Source: Truepera sp.
Lineage (GTDB): Bacteria; Deinococcota; Deinococci; Deinococcales; Trueperaceae
Assembly: GCA_965218435.1 (NCBI GenBank)
Contig: CBDCKW010000009.1
Coordinates: 2,432,001 to 2,496,000 of the forward strand
Reading direction: 5' to 3'
DNA: 64,000 bases
Made by a program: the position numbers and the translations under genes. This document shows, in pieces, positions 19,996-31,214 of the stretch; position 1 is the stretch's first letter, and every line of letters starts with the position of its first letter. The notes under the pieces are model-generated. The model worked only from the letters and a program-made list of their open reading frames with translations, had not been told where the DNA came from and did no database searches.

Positions 19996-21105
19996 CTAAG
20001 CCTTCGTTAAAGCTAGCTGTCCACACGCCCCGCCGGTATCCCGACCCCGGCTAAAGCGTACTGAAACCGATACCCCGGCACGCTCTAACACTTTGGCAAA
20101 ACGTTCAATCACCGGGCGGGGGCTCGAGCGAAACTGCGCCTCGCCCCACGGATTAAAGGGAATTAAGTTTACATGGACGACCAACCCGGCAAGGCGTTCG
20201 GTCAGCAGCTCAGCCTGCCAGAGCGCGTCGTTCACACCGTCTAACATCGTGTATTCGACCGTGACGCGGCGGCCCCCGGCGGCTTGCCAATCGTGCAAAG
20301 ACGCGACGATGTCGTCTAAAGCGTGCGCGTGCGCCGTCGGAATGATCAGTTTACGGGTCTCTTCGTCGGGTGCGTGCAGCGAGACGGCCAGAACGAGCGG
20401 CAAGGCTTCAGCGGCCAATTTGCGAATCCGTGCGGGCAAGCCTACGGTCGAGAGCGTGATACGGCGCGGCGATAGGTCGAGCCCTTCGGGGTCGGTCATA
20501 ATGCGGATTGCGCCGAGCGCGTTGTCGTAGTTAAGGAGCGCCTCACCCATGCCCATCAAGACGACGTTGCGCACCTCTCGAGGCGAAAACCCTTCCCCTT
20601 GCGCGACCGCTAAAAGCTGGCCGACAATTTCAGCTCGGGTCAGGTTGCGACCAAACCCGAGTGCGCCGGTCGCGCAAAACGCGCATCCTGCCGGACACCC
20701 AACCATCGAAGAGACGCAGACCGTTTTGCGACCGCTGTAGGGCATATAGACGGCTTCGGTCTGTTTGCCGTCAGCCAGGGTGAAGAGGTAACGCACCGAC
20801 CCGTCTTGTGAGGTAAAGCGTTCAGTCGCTGAAAAGGGACTCAAGCTGTACGTCGCGGCTAGTTCAGCTCGCCAGCTTTTAGGCAGGTTGAGCATTATGT
20901 CAAAGTTTTCCGCGCCGTGCGTATAAAGCCACCCTGCGAGTTGGGCGCGGCGGTAGGGTTGCGCGGCGGGGGCAGGTAGGGCCGCAGGCCCTAGACCCCA
21001 CAAACTTGGTTTATCCCGGCTCGGTTTTTTAGGGTTTGCAAAGCTTGGTTTCGCAGGCTCAGCAGTTACACCGGGTTCTACGCCATCTACAAAAGCGTCA
21101 CTCAC
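19996..21105 (-). CDS. rlmN: 23S rRNA (adenine-2503-C2)-methyltransferase, radical SAM
   Basis: [44 protein letters not shown]. Confidence 0.95.
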   Translation of the reverse strand: MSDAFVDGVEPGVTAEPAKPSFANPKKPSRDKPSLWGLGPAALPAPAAQPYRRAQLAGWLYTHGAENFDIMLNLPKSWRAELAATYSLSPFSATERFTSQDGSVRYLFTLADGKQTEAVYMPYSGRKTVCVSSMVGCPAGCAFCATGALGFGRNLTRAEIVGQLLAVAQGEGFSPREVRNVVLMGMGEALLNYDNALGAIRIMTDPEGLDLSPRRITLSTVGLPARIRKLAAEALPLVLAVSLHAPDEETRKLIIPTAHAHALDDIVASLHDWQAAGGRRVTVEYTMLDGVNDALWQAELLTERLAGLVVHVNLIPFNPWGEAQFRSSPRPVIERFAKVLERAGVSVSVRFSRGRDTGGACGQLALTKA

Positions 21106-21629
21106 AACGTTTCAACTTCTTCCGGTGCGCCCTCTTTAGGCAGCACAAAAAACGGCAACTCTTCGCGTAAAGGCTCAATTTCAGCGCGTAACCGGGTAAA
21201 AACCTCCGCGTCGAGATAAGACGCCGACGCCCGGAGTAAACCCAAATAGTAGACCGCGACGCGCGTGGCGTCTTGAAAGGCGAGTTCGGCGCGTTCACGG
21301 CGGGTCAGCAGTTCGCCCATAAACGCTTCAGGGGACTCGAGCGCCCCGCAACCGCCTTGCTCAATCACCCGTTTGAGAAACTCGGTCGTCTCACTCGGGT
21401 TATGCCAAAAGCCGAAGTTGAGCCGGTCGGTCAGCGCCTCAACCTGTCTAAGTTGGCCCCGGTAGTCAGCACTTTTTAAGAGGTGCTTGGCGAGTGTTTG
21501 CCGCTCGAGCCGTAACCCTGCGTATTCAGCTAAGGACAAATAGCCGCCTAACGGCCGCGTTTTACCCCCGACGACCGCACGCAGGCGGTAGGCGAGGACG
21601 TAATCTTGATACTCGAGCAGATGCTCCAC
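21102..21629 (-). CDS. Conserved hypothetical protein co-transcribed with rlmN
   Basis: 175-aa ORF with 4-nt overlap with rlmN and a leaderless-type TATAGT 6 nt before GTG. Confidence 0.7.
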   Translation of the reverse strand: MEHLLEYQDYVLAYRLRAVVGGKTRPLGGYLSLAEYAGLRLERQTLAKHLLKSADYRGQLRQVEALTDRLNFGFWHNPSETTEFLKRVIEQGGCGALESPEAFMGELLTRRERAELAFQDATRVAVYYLGLLRASASYLDAEVFTRLRAEIEPLREELPFFVLPKEGAPEEVETL

Positions 21630-21857
21630 AGCTCAACTATAAAAAACTTTGGCGGGCCGGTCAGGGTTTCCGACTACCGGCACTGGCCAGTTGGTCTATC
21701 TAAAAAACGTCACAGTTCGGTAGTTTGGTATTTCAACTCTCGCCGAGTCAGTCACTTTTATCGTTCTGCAGTGGAGCGGGCGGTGTTGAGCTATAGTGCT
21801 CATAAATGACATAACACGGGCGCTCCAGTCAGGTTCGGAGGGTGCCGAAAGGGTGAC

Positions 21858-23120
21858 ATGAATATTGACACGATTATGAAACGGACAAAGGTGTTGGGGA
21901 TGGTCTTGGCGGGTGGGAAGGGCTCGAGGCTCGAGCCCTTAACCGCCAGACGTTCAAAACCCGCCGTCCCGTTCGGCAGCAAATACCGCATCATTGACTT
22001 TGCCCTAAACAACATGATGAACTCCGAAATCTTCGGCATGTACGTCATGACGCAGTACAAAGCGCAATCTTTAACCGAACACATTCAGCGCAACTGGCGC
22101 TTCGGTTCGTTCTTAAACGACTACTTCATCACCTTAGCCCCCGCACAGATGTACCGTTACGACGAGTTGGGCGAACAGTGGTACCGGGGTACCGCCGACG
22201 CGATCTATCAAAATATTCACTTGGTTGACGATAACAAAGCCGATCTAGTGGCGATATTTTCAGGTGACCACATCTACAAGATGGACGTTCGCCACATGAT
22301 CGCGCAGCACCGCGAGAGCGGCGCGGACGTGACAGTCGCCGCCTACCCGACGCTGGTCGAGGACGCGACCCGTTTTGGCGTGCTGCAAGTTGACCGCGAC
22401 TTTAATATCATCGAGTGGCAAGAAAAACCCGAGCAACCCAACCCGATTCCAGGGCGCGACACGCACGCGCTCGCCTCGATGGGCAACTATATCTTTTCCG
22501 CCGCCGCCCTCAAAAAACTTCTCGCCAAAGACGCCGCCAACGAAGCCTCGGACCACGACTTCGGACACAACGTCTTGCCGCTGGCGATGGAAGAGGGTTA
22601 CAAAGTAATCGCTTACGACTTTGCCACCAACCCGATTCCCGGCGAAACGGGTCCCAATACCTACTGGCGCGACGTCGGCACCATTGACTCGTACTGGGAG
22701 GCCAACATGGACCTCGTTGACGTGACACCCGAATTCGACCTCTACAACTACGAATGGCCGCTCCGCACCTCCGCCGAGTTTTCACCGCCAGCCAAATTCG
22801 TTCATGAAGAGGACGGTCGGCGGGGACAAGCGTTTAACTCACTCGTCGCCGGGGGCGTGATCGTCTCCGGTGCGACGCTCCGGCGCTCGGTCGTGTCGCG
22901 GCGCGTTCACGTCCACTCGTACAGCACGGTTGAAAACTCCGTGCTGATGGATAACTGTCAGATCGGGCGTCACTGCGTCGTCAAAAACACCATCTTAGAT
23001 AAAAACGTCGTGTTGCCCGAAGGAACGCAGATAGGGGTCAACGCGGACGATGACCGGGCCAGAGGATTTAAGGTCAGTAACAAAGGCATCGTCGCGGTTC
23101 CCAAAGGCTATCAGTTTTAA
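21858..23120 (+). CDS. glgC: Glucose-1-phosphate adenylyltransferase
   Basis: [61 protein letters not shown]. Confidence 0.96.
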   Translation: MNIDTIMKRTKVLGMVLAGGKGSRLEPLTARRSKPAVPFGSKYRIIDFALNNMMNSEIFGMYVMTQYKAQSLTEHIQRNWRFGSFLNDYFITLAPAQMYRYDELGEQWYRGTADAIYQNIHLVDDNKADLVAIFSGDHIYKMDVRHMIAQHRESGADVTVAAYPTLVEDATRFGVLQVDRDFNIIEWQEKPEQPNPIPGRDTHALASMGNYIFSAAALKKLLAKDAANEASDHDFGHNVLPLAMEEGYKVIAYDFATNPIPGETGPNTYWRDVGTIDSYWEANMDLVDVTPEFDLYNYEWPLRTSAEFSPPAKFVHEEDGRRGQAFNSLVAGGVIVSGATLRRSVVSRRVHVHSYSTVENSVLMDNCQIGRHCVVKNTILDKNVVLPEGTQIGVNADDDRARGFKVSNKGIVAVPKGYQF

Positions 23121-23351
23121 GATTGGTGAGTTTTGACTACACTTAAGGTAACCGGTCAGCGTGTCTGATACGGCTTCACAACGGGCTTTGTAAGGATTTT
23201 TGTAAGTACCTTTTTCGTCCGATAGCTTACAGCTGAGCAGACTTGTAAAGTGCTACGATAGCTCTACTGAAGACGCCCGCTTTGTGAAACCCGAATCTAT
23301 GACGGATTGCCCGCGGGCGGGCTGTCCGGCACGCCATCTGGAGGCACCATC

Positions 23352-25340
23352 TTGAAACGAACGTTTAACCCCTGGTTCTTTGTTATTCTGATTGTTTTAG
23401 GGGTTGTAGTCTTTAATCAGTTTAATGCGCGCCCACCTGGGAGCAACATCAGCTACTCAACGTTTACCAACCTCGTCAAAGAGAAAAAGGTGAGTTCGGT
23501 CGTTATCGAGCAAAACACCATTCGCGGTGAACTCAAAGCCGAAACGCAAGTTGATGAAGGGGGCCAGACACGCGCGATTCGCTCGTTTGAAACGACGACC
23601 TTGCCGGTCGGCGACCCCAACCTCGTTCCGTTGTTAGAAGCGAACGGCGTCGCAACCGAAGGGCGCGTCCCGTCACAGTGGCTCGGCCTGCTCATCTCGT
23701 TTTTACCGATTGTCATTCTGATCGGCTTTTTCTGGTTTGTCTTTATGCGGGCGCAAGGTGGCCCAAGCCAGGTCATGCAGTTTGGTCAGTCTAAGGCTAA
23801 AACGTACGGCCGCGAAAACAAAGTTAAAACAACGTTTGACGACGTAGCCGGACACGAAGAGGCCAAGCAGGAACTTAAAGAAGTCGTTGACTTTCTTAAA
23901 AATCCGCAGAAGTACCTGCGTATCGGCGCAGAGATTCCTAAGGGAATGCTCCTCGTCGGCCCTCCCGGAACCGGTAAAACGCTCTTGGCGAGAGCCGTTG
24001 CCGGTGAAGCGGGCGTCCCCTTCTTGACCGTTTCCGCGTCTGAATTTATGGAGATGTTTGTCGGCGTCGGTGCGAGCCGTGTGCGTAACCTCTTTGAAGA
24101 GGCGCGTAAGGCGAGCCCTGCAATTATCTTCATTGACGAGCTCGATTCGATCGGGCGGCGACGCGGCGCGGGTATCGGCGGTGGTCACGACGAACGCGAG
24201 CAGACCTTAAACCAAATCTTGTCCGAGATGGACGGGTTTGAAAAAGACACTTCGGTCATTATCATCGCGGCCACGAACCGCCCCGACGTGCTGGACCCGG
24301 CGCTCTTACGCCCCGGCCGTTTTGACCGGCAGGTTACAGTTGGTCTGCCCACCCAGCGTGAGCGCGAGCAAGTCTTAAGGGTTCACGTACGGAACAAGCC
24401 GATTGCCGATGACGTCAACCTCGAGCGTCTCGCCAGCGCCACCCCGATGTTTTCCGGCGCTGACCTAGAAAACCTCACCAACGAAGCCGCGCTGATCGCC
24501 GCCCGTACCGGCAAACAGATCATCTCGTGGATCGACTTTAACGAAGCACTCGACCGTATCGTTTTGGGGTTACGCCGGGGCTCGCTCGTTCCCAGTGAAA
24601 AAGAACGGCAAATTCTGGCCTTTCACGAATCTGGTCACGCCGTCGCCTTTGCCTCACAACCCGACCTCGGCCACATCCGCAAGGTGACAATTATGCCGCG
24701 CGGCGGGGCTGGCGGGTTTATGGCTCCGTTATCCAAAGAAGAGATGTTCTTCTCCCGGGAACGGTTTCAGCAGCAGCTCGTGGTCGCCTTTGGTGGCCGC
24801 GTCGCTGAGAAAAAGTTGACAGGCACCATTTCCTCAGGTGCGTCCAACGACCTTAAACAAGCGACCGATATGGCTAAGCAGATGGTTTTTGACCTCGGGA
24901 TGGGCGGCGAAGAGTTTGTCGCTTGGGGTTCGGATCAAGGCCCGGTCTTTTTGGGTGGCGAAATCAGTCGCCGCAAAGACTTCTCTGAAGAGACGGCTAG
25001 GGAACTCGAGGGCGAAGTCAACAAGATTCTTGGGGCCGCTTACAGCACCACTGAAGCCGTGATTGCCGACAACTGGGTTACAGTTCAAGGCGTTGCCAAC
25101 GCGCTTTTAGAACGCGAGACCATCGAAGGTACGCTGATTGCTAAGGCATACGAGCGCGCTCAAGAAGGTGCGAGCGCCGAAGACATTACCCGGATGATCG
25201 TCGAAGATACCGACGCCGCCGAGCGCCGTATCGCCGCCGCCGAGCAGCGCGCCGCTGAAGCCGACCGGCAGCGCCGCGCTGAACAGCGCCCCGCGCCCAC
25301 CATCGGCCCACGGCCCGCTTCGGAAGGGCCTCGAGGCTAG
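23352..25340 (+). CDS. ftsH: ATP-dependent zinc metalloprotease FtsH
   Basis: Two TM segments, [43 protein letters not shown] start after GGAGG. Confidence 0.96.
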   Translation: MKRTFNPWFFVILIVLGVVVFNQFNARPPGSNISYSTFTNLVKEKKVSSVVIEQNTIRGELKAETQVDEGGQTRAIRSFETTTLPVGDPNLVPLLEANGVATEGRVPSQWLGLLISFLPIVILIGFFWFVFMRAQGGPSQVMQFGQSKAKTYGRENKVKTTFDDVAGHEEAKQELKEVVDFLKNPQKYLRIGAEIPKGMLLVGPPGTGKTLLARAVAGEAGVPFLTVSASEFMEMFVGVGASRVRNLFEEARKASPAIIFIDELDSIGRRRGAGIGGGHDEREQTLNQILSEMDGFEKDTSVIIIAATNRPDVLDPALLRPGRFDRQVTVGLPTQREREQVLRVHVRNKPIADDVNLERLASATPMFSGADLENLTNEAALIAARTGKQIISWIDFNEALDRIVLGLRRGSLVPSEKERQILAFHESGHAVAFASQPDLGHIRKVTIMPRGGAGGFMAPLSKEEMFFSRERFQQQLVVAFGGRVAEKKLTGTISSGASNDLKQATDMAKQMVFDLGMGGEEFVAWGSDQGPVFLGGEISRRKDFSEETARELEGEVNKILGAAYSTTEAVIADNWVTVQGVANALLERETIEGTLIAKAYERAQEGASAEDITRMIVEDTDAAERRIAAAEQRAAEADRQRRAEQRPAPTIGPRPASEGPRG

Positions 25341-25362
25341 CAGTCAGTTTTTAGCAATATCT

Positions 25363-25392
25363 AAAGAGACGCGTCACAGCGTCTCTTTTTTT
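25363..25392 (+). terminator. Intrinsic terminator after ftsH (possibly bidirectional)
   Basis: AAAGAGACGC-GTCACA-GCGTCTCTTT plus T run. Confidence 0.8.
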
Positions 25393-25418
25393 GGATGAAT
25401 GCTTAGATAAGGCTGAAA

Positions 25419-25895
25419 TTAAGCAGCGTACATGCTCTGTAAAAAGACAATGAGCGCGTCTTCACTGTCAGTAACATGGTCTAGCGGAACCCGTAACATC
25501 GGATTGAGTTTTGCGCCCACAAACGCGGCTCGCACGTCGGTCTGTAACCCGACGAGTAATTTACGTTTACCGCTCAGATAAGCGTGCGCGTACGCGAGAC
25601 CCAGCTCGACACACGCACCTTCGTCGGGGACGCGGCCGTCGAGCACGAACAAAAAAACCTCCGCAGAGAAAATCTGGTCGCGGTCGGTTGCAAAGAGGAG
25701 TTGCCGTTTTTCGTCAGCGGGCATCGTGTCATAAGGTGGGCGGTCACGTTCAACGCCGTCGCGCTGGGGCAAAAACACGTTGAAGTTTAGGGCCTCGAGC
25801 TTTCCCGTAAGCGTCAGATTAAAGCGGCGTTCGGCCGCTGAAAAGAGCGGCGCAGCAAAGTAGAGTTTTGGGAGCGGCGTAGTTAGAGCAGTCAC
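25419..25895 (-). CDS. Nucleoside 2-deoxyribosyltransferase family protein
   Basis: LYFAAPLFS, VFLPQRD, LDGRVPDEGACVELGLA. Confidence 0.85.
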   Translation of the reverse strand: MTALTTPLPKLYFAAPLFSAAERRFNLTLTGKLEALNFNVFLPQRDGVERDRPPYDTMPADEKRQLLFATDRDQIFSAEVFLFVLDGRVPDEGACVELGLAYAHAYLSGKRKLLVGLQTDVRAAFVGAKLNPMLRVPLDHVTDSEDALIVFLQSMYAA

Positions 25896-26148
25896 AAAGT
25901 CAGTTTACCTGCAGATTTTTAATTTCCTAGAACCTATCTCAAAAATGGCTTTTTAGACCGAGAGCACCATAGCTTACTCGTAGCTACCTCACCCAGCTCG
26001 GTCGAACCCTTTCGGGCTGAGGTCCAAAGGAGTTTTTGAGCTGGCTTCTAACTACAAAACCCGAGAGAAAGATAGCTACCGGAAGGAGCCTGACATAGAC
26101 TTAAAACCTCAACACGTGATCCGCTGGCGCGTCATAAGATAGTAGGGC

Positions 26149-27867
26149 GTGTTAGACGGCAAGTACGAGATCACTTCAGAGCGGGAGTTGGGCGAGCGCG
26201 TTACACGTTTTGGCGCGACGGCTCCAGACGGTACGGCCTTGACGATCAGCTGGTACGAGCTCGAGACGCCCGCAGACGAACACGCCTTCGAGCAGTACCG
26301 GACCCTGTTACGGCAACTCAGGCGCAGGGGACACGCCGCAATTTTCGACCTCGTTTCACGTCCGGGAGCCCACTACGTCGCGTGGCGGCTGCCGGGAGAC
26401 GTGGGCGCGTTGCCGGTGGCGACCGGCGCTGAGCTGGGCGCTATCGAAGAGATCTTAAGCGCCTACGCGCACACTCTAACTGAAGCGTCTATCTACGCGC
26501 CGCCGGATGCGCCCCCGCAGGTCTATGCGCTCGAGTTTGCCGCTCTACCGAAAACGACCTTGCCTCTGGGCCAGGCCACGCCGGTCTTACCGCAAGAGCT
26601 CAAAAAACCTCACCGGGCAACCCCGGCCGCAGCCGTGTGGACAGCGGTTCGCCCGTGGTCACTGGCAGGCGTTTTGGGGCTTTTAGGGATTTTCTTGGTG
26701 TCGCTCAGTCTGAACAGGCTGTTGCAGGGCGAGCTGGTCAGTGTTCCTGACGTGCAGGGGCAAGATGTCAACGCTGCCCTCACCAAGCTTTACGACGCAG
26801 GCTTTCGGAGCGTCGCGGTCCCCCTGACCTCGCCCCGTCCGGCTGGGGTGGTGCTCGAGGTACGCCCGGAAGCCGGTACACCGCTCCGTCCGGGCCGGAC
26901 CCTCAGCGTCCGCTACGCGCTACCTGTCGGTAGTGCGCCGGAGGCGTCGCCTAACGTCGTCGGTCAACCTCTAGCCCAAGCCGAGGCCGACCTGGAACGG
27001 GCCGGATTTCTTGTCAGCGAGCTGGCGCGTAGCTACAGCCCGTTACCGCGTGGGACGGTGATCGCCCAAAGCCCGGACGCTGCGACGCCCGCCGCGCGCG
27101 GGGAGCACTTTGCGCTGCTCGTTAGTGACGGGCCGCTGGGTGAGCTGACCTTTTTACCCGACCTCACCGGCTTGTCGCAAGAGGACGCGTTAGGGCTTGC
27201 GGAGGCTGCCGGGTTTGCCCGTAGCGAGGTCAAGCTCGAGCGCACCCCCGGTAACGGCACCCCAGCTGGAACGGTGTTAGCCCAAAACATCGCACCTTAT
27301 ATCAGCGTGCCGCTTCAGGGTGCTCAGTTGCGGCTGGTACTGACGGCTCCCGGTGGGGCGGCGCTTCCCGGTGAAAGCGGCCCCAATGAGAGCGGCACCC
27401 CCGACTTCACCGGGTTAGACCTGGGAACGGCGCAGCGGCAGGCAAGGGCACTCGGCCTCAGCGTCGTCGCCGAAGCTCAGGTCAGTGCGCCGGAGTTGCC
27501 TACGGGCGTGGTGTTGCAGCGCCCGGAACCGGGTGCGCCGCTGCAGGAAAACGTCCGGGTAACGCTCAACCGAGCGCCGCTGAGCGTCCCCATCCCTGAG
27601 GTGTCGGTCAACGTTATACCGGCCGCCGGGGCCGGGTCGGTACGCCGCGCCCGCTACGTCTGGCAGCTCGGGCAAGACGCCGGTGGACGCCTTGCCACCG
27701 TTACGGTGACCCTCGCCGACGGCACCCAAGAAACGGTGACGCGGGGGCAGCTCGTTACAGCCAACGAGCGGTTGGGGGGTACCTACTTAACAACCGCTAC
27801 CGGCCCGCTGGTCTTTACGCTGACGCTTGACGCTCAGCCCTACGGCGCACCGGTCACCGTCCCCTAA
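26149..27867 (+). CDS. Membrane protein with four PASTA domains
   Basis: TM helix followed by VPDVQG, PNVVG...VIAQSP, LPDLTG...VLAQ, PDFTG...VVLQRPEPG repeats. Confidence 0.85.
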   Translation: MLDGKYEITSERELGERVTRFGATAPDGTALTISWYELETPADEHAFEQYRTLLRQLRRRGHAAIFDLVSRPGAHYVAWRLPGDVGALPVATGAELGAIEEILSAYAHTLTEASIYAPPDAPPQVYALEFAALPKTTLPLGQATPVLPQELKKPHRATPAAAVWTAVRPWSLAGVLGLLGIFLVSLSLNRLLQGELVSVPDVQGQDVNAALTKLYDAGFRSVAVPLTSPRPAGVVLEVRPEAGTPLRPGRTLSVRYALPVGSAPEASPNVVGQPLAQAEADLERAGFLVSELARSYSPLPRGTVIAQSPDAATPAARGEHFALLVSDGPLGELTFLPDLTGLSQEDALGLAEAAGFARSEVKLERTPGNGTPAGTVLAQNIAPYISVPLQGAQLRLVLTAPGGAALPGESGPNESGTPDFTGLDLGTAQRQARALGLSVVAEAQVSAPELPTGVVLQRPEPGAPLQENVRVTLNRAPLSVPIPEVSVNVIPAAGAGSVRRARYVWQLGQDAGGRLATVTVTLADGTQETVTRGQLVTANERLGGTYLTTATGPLVFTLTLDAQPYGAPVTVP

Positions 27868-28018
27868 CGCTGAGTTAGCCTTTGCTTATGCCACCATATT
27901 TTAGAGACGTAAGAGAAGCCGTGTTCGTCAGCAAGCCAGTGACTACCGAATTCTGACTACTGCCTTCTGACTTCTTCTCTATACCGTCAACGCCGCCAGC
28001 TGAGTTAACACTTAGCAG

Positions 28019-30307
28019 CTAAGGCACCGGCGCACCAGCGAGCGCCCACCGCGCGTAAAGTTCGGCAAAGGCCCCGTCGGTATTGGCACCTTGCAAGATA
28101 AAGCTTAAAAAGTCCCGTACGTCTTGCGCGTTACTCGAGCCAAATAGCGCTGCGCCGTCATCCCCGGCAAACCGTCCGCTAGAGACGACCGGCAGCGTTT
28201 CAGCAGCTTGAGAGGTCGCACGTGAAAGCTCACCGAGCAGCGCCCCCAGCAGCGCATCGTTCCCTGTCGTCCCCGAATAGAGCAACTGCCCGGTTTGCAG
28301 GCTGCGGAGCGTCACCCCACGGCCGATAAGCTGCCGTGCCAGCGGCGCAGGCAGGGCCGAAACAGTGACCGGCAGGCTCGTTTTCGCCGTGCGGCCCCGT
28401 GCACGCGCCGACACCTCGAGCGTGTACCGCCCCGGCTTGAGGCTCCGCGGTAAGCCCAGCGCAGCGTCGGTGACCTCGAGGGCGACCGTATTCGGCGGTA
28501 AGGGTGTCCGCTTAGTTGTCGAAGACGCGCCGACGACGCTGCCGCTCCCGTCAGTCAGGCGGAGCGAAATCTGCAGCGGCGTCGGGAGCGCGTCTCCCGG
28601 CGTCGAGAGTTCAAACTGCGTGTAAAGCAGGTCACCCGGAAGATAGGCGGGTACGGCCTGCACCTCTGCGCCGACCCCGGCTTGTAAGCCCGGCGTAAAC
28701 CGTAAAGGCGGCGCAGGAGCCCGGAGCGCCGCCACCCGCGCCGCAGCGTCGGCGACGAGCGGCCCCCGCCCCTGTTCCGTAAAGCGCCCGAACTGCGCCG
28801 CAGCCGCTCCGGGCCGACCGCTTGCCTCGAGCAGCGTTCCCAAAAGATAGCGAAGGTCGGGCACGTCGGGATACCGTTTTAAGGCCCCACGCAGATCGTC
28901 CGTTGCCGCCGGATCGAGCTGATCGTCGTCTTGTAAATCGAGTTCGGTGGCGTGCGCGTAGGTACCTAACGCCAACCCGGAGCGGCCCAAAAGCACCTGG
29001 ACGAGCCCGAGGTTGTAGAGTGCAATCGTCTCGTCCGGGCTCAGCGCCAGCGCCTTTTGTGAGGCGGTTTCACTCGCGCCAAGTGCGCCCAGCAGGTAGT
29101 ACGCCCAACCCAAATTGGTCCAGTAAAGGTCACTTTCAGGCTCGAGCCGGGTTGCGGTGCGAAGGGCCGTAGCCGCCGCCTCTGGATCGTCCCGGTCAAA
29201 CGCAAGCTGGGACAGCCGTTCGTAAGCGTAGGCAAAAGTTGGAGCCAGCTCGGTCAGACGCGTGGCGAGGGTCTGCTCGAGGCCCCCATCTTTTAGCCCT
29301 TGCGCCAAAAAGAGCCCGCTCACATAGACGCTGAGCGTACCCGGGTACTGTCGCACAAGAGCCTGCAGGTCAGCTTTAAGAGCGGCGGCGTCCGTTTGAT
29401 CGAGTTGGTAGAGCAGTGCCTGAGCTGCAGCAAAAGGGTACTGGCCCTCTGCTGCAGCAAACTTCTGGCGGGCCTGCGCAGCGTCCCCGGCTTGCGCGGC
29501 GAGAAGAGCCCGCCAGAGCGTCGTTAGGGGTAAGTTGCGTGCAGAGAAGGCTCGAGCCACCTCCGTGTCGTCAAAAGGTTGCGTATTGAGCGCGACCACC
29601 GCCGCCAGGAGAGGATAACGCGTCAGGGCCGTTCCCGGCTGCGCCGACAAGAGCTGAGTTACGGCCTCGGCGCGGCGCGTCCAACGTGGTTCGGCGCTGA
29701 GGGCGGCCCCGGCGCGGCGCAGGAGCGGCGCAGCCTGGGCCGGAAAACCGCTGCCGAGGTCAATTAAGCCGTCAATAAAGGTGCTGTAGGGCGACGACAG
29801 GTCAATTCCGGTGCGGGCGTCCGGGTTTGGCGTCAGACCGGTAAGGCTGAGTACCCGCTGCGCCTGCACCACCAAACGTTCGGGAAACGCTTCGGGTGCG
29901 CTGAAGACGAAACTGCGCGTCCCTTCCGGCCGCGCAACGAACAGCGTCAGCTCGAGCCCCTCCCCTTTCAGCTCGACCCGTCCGGTCACCGCTGTCGGCA
30001 CGGCGAGCGCCTCACGCAAAAAAGCTGCCGCGAAACGGCTCCCGGTGCCTTCATCCCCCAACAAGTTTAAGGGGCTTACGAAGGTGGCTTCTTGCAACAA
30101 GAGCGGCGGCACGAGCCCGAGCGCAAGTTCCGGCGGGATGCTCGCGTCTTGAAACGCGTAGGTCAGGCGTTCAGCCACCGCAAAACCGAGGCGCGGTTCG
30201 CTGCTGACAAAGGGAAACACCGCCAGCTGTGGACCGGTAGCGCCCTGTGCCGAGGCCAAACTGCCCCAAAAAAGCGTGATAAAAACCAAAAACTTAAGTG
30301 GCTTCAC
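28019..30307 (-). CDS. Secreted TPR-containing protein
   Basis: Signal peptide, YWTNLGWAYY and ALYNLGLV TPR motifs, 4-nt overlap with argR. Confidence 0.8.
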   Translation of the reverse strand: MKPLKFLVFITLFWGSLASAQGATGPQLAVFPFVSSEPRLGFAVAERLTYAFQDASIPPELALGLVPPLLLQEATFVSPLNLLGDEGTGSRFAAAFLREALAVPTAVTGRVELKGEGLELTLFVARPEGTRSFVFSAPEAFPERLVVQAQRVLSLTGLTPNPDARTGIDLSSPYSTFIDGLIDLGSGFPAQAAPLLRRAGAALSAEPRWTRRAEAVTQLLSAQPGTALTRYPLLAAVVALNTQPFDDTEVARAFSARNLPLTTLWRALLAAQAGDAAQARQKFAAAEGQYPFAAAQALLYQLDQTDAAALKADLQALVRQYPGTLSVYVSGLFLAQGLKDGGLEQTLATRLTELAPTFAYAYERLSQLAFDRDDPEAAATALRTATRLEPESDLYWTNLGWAYYLLGALGASETASQKALALSPDETIALYNLGLVQVLLGRSGLALGTYAHATELDLQDDDQLDPAATDDLRGALKRYPDVPDLRYLLGTLLEASGRPGAAAAQFGRFTEQGRGPLVADAAARVAALRAPAPPLRFTPGLQAGVGAEVQAVPAYLPGDLLYTQFELSTPGDALPTPLQISLRLTDGSGSVVGASSTTKRTPLPPNTVALEVTDAALGLPRSLKPGRYTLEVSARARGRTAKTSLPVTVSALPAPLARQLIGRGVTLRSLQTGQLLYSGTTGNDALLGALLGELSRATSQAAETLPVVSSGRFAGDDGAALFGSSNAQDVRDFLSFILQGANTDGAFAELYARWALAGAPVP

Positions 30308-30762
30308 TCGAGTAACCCCTCGAGTTCGTCTAATATCGTCTCGGCGTCGCTCTCGCTGCGCGTGACGATCATGATGGTGTTTTGCCCCGCCAGACTCCCG
30401 ACGATTTCGTCGCGCTCGAGCTTATCGATCACATACGCGATACCGGTCGCGTGCCCTTCGTCGGTATTAACCACTAAGATATTTTCGCCCCGGTCGATGT
30501 CCCGGACAAACAGCCGAAACCGCTGTTTCAGCTCGCCCATCACGTCTTCTTGGGCAGCCAGCGGCGTCGAGCGGTAGCGGTGCTGACCTTCACCAGCCGG
30601 AAGCCGGACGAGCCGGAGTTCATTGACGTCGCGGCTGATCGTCGCCTGCGTCACTCGGACGCCACGGGCGGCTAGATGGTCGGCGAGTTCGGATTGCGTT
30701 GAGATAAACTCGTTTTCAACCAACTCTTCGATAAGCCTTTGTCTATACTCTTTACTCGGCAT
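30304..30762 (-). CDS. argR: Arginine repressor
   Basis: TQSEL...GVRVTQATISRDVNEL, EIVGSLAGQNTIMI. Confidence 0.95.
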   Translation of the reverse strand: MPSKEYRQRLIEELVENEFISTQSELADHLAARGVRVTQATISRDVNELRLVRLPAGEGQHRYRSTPLAAQEDVMGELKQRFRLFVRDIDRGENILVVNTDEGHATGIAYVIDKLERDEIVGSLAGQNTIMIVTRSESDAETILDELEGLLE

Positions 30763-30776
30763 AATTATTCATTATA
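30757..30776 (-). promoter_or_regulatory. -10 box TATAAT with ARG box overlapping the argR start codon
   Basis: Minus strand reads TATAATGAATAATTATGCCG, containing AATGAATAATTATGCCG versus ARG consensus NTGAATWWWWATTCAN. Confidence 0.6.
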
Positions 30777-30887
30777 CCAGGTTTGCTTTACAGCTTGCGA
30801 GCAGCGGCTCAGCTCGGTTCAGACGCTACAAATCTTTATCAGCATGTGATGGATGGGCGTAGGGGTAAGGTACGCTGAACGCGCTTA

Positions 30888-30915
30888 AACGCCGTATAAA
30901 CAACGCCGTATAAAC
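30888..30915. repeat. Exact 14-bp tandem duplication AACGCCGTATAAAC x2
   Basis: Read directly from the sequence. Confidence 0.85.
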
Positions 30916-31214
30916 GCTGGTATCGCTTCCAGCTTTTGTGAAATCTGGCGACCTTCCAGAAGAGACCAACTCGTTGCTAAGTCTTAAACAAAGACTTACC
31001 CGGGCGTTACCATAACTTGCGCCTGCCCTGCGCCCTTGCAGTACTCAGCTACTAGGAGGCTACCGTGTTAGAGGACGCTAGAGCTTTTTGCCCACAGGCA
31101 AAGGTTTTTGACTTGACCTTGAACATGAAGCCGCGCCCATAGGTCTGGCCAAGCGCGGATTCATGGTGACGTTACGCCTTTTTTATCGTGAACTACTTAC
31201 GAGGCGACTCAAGG

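Noticed and set aside
27947..27976. Heptamer-like run TTCTGAC-TACTGCC-TTCTGAC-TTCT between convergent genes
   Set aside because: Only about three degenerate units and no second copy seen, too short to call a repeat family
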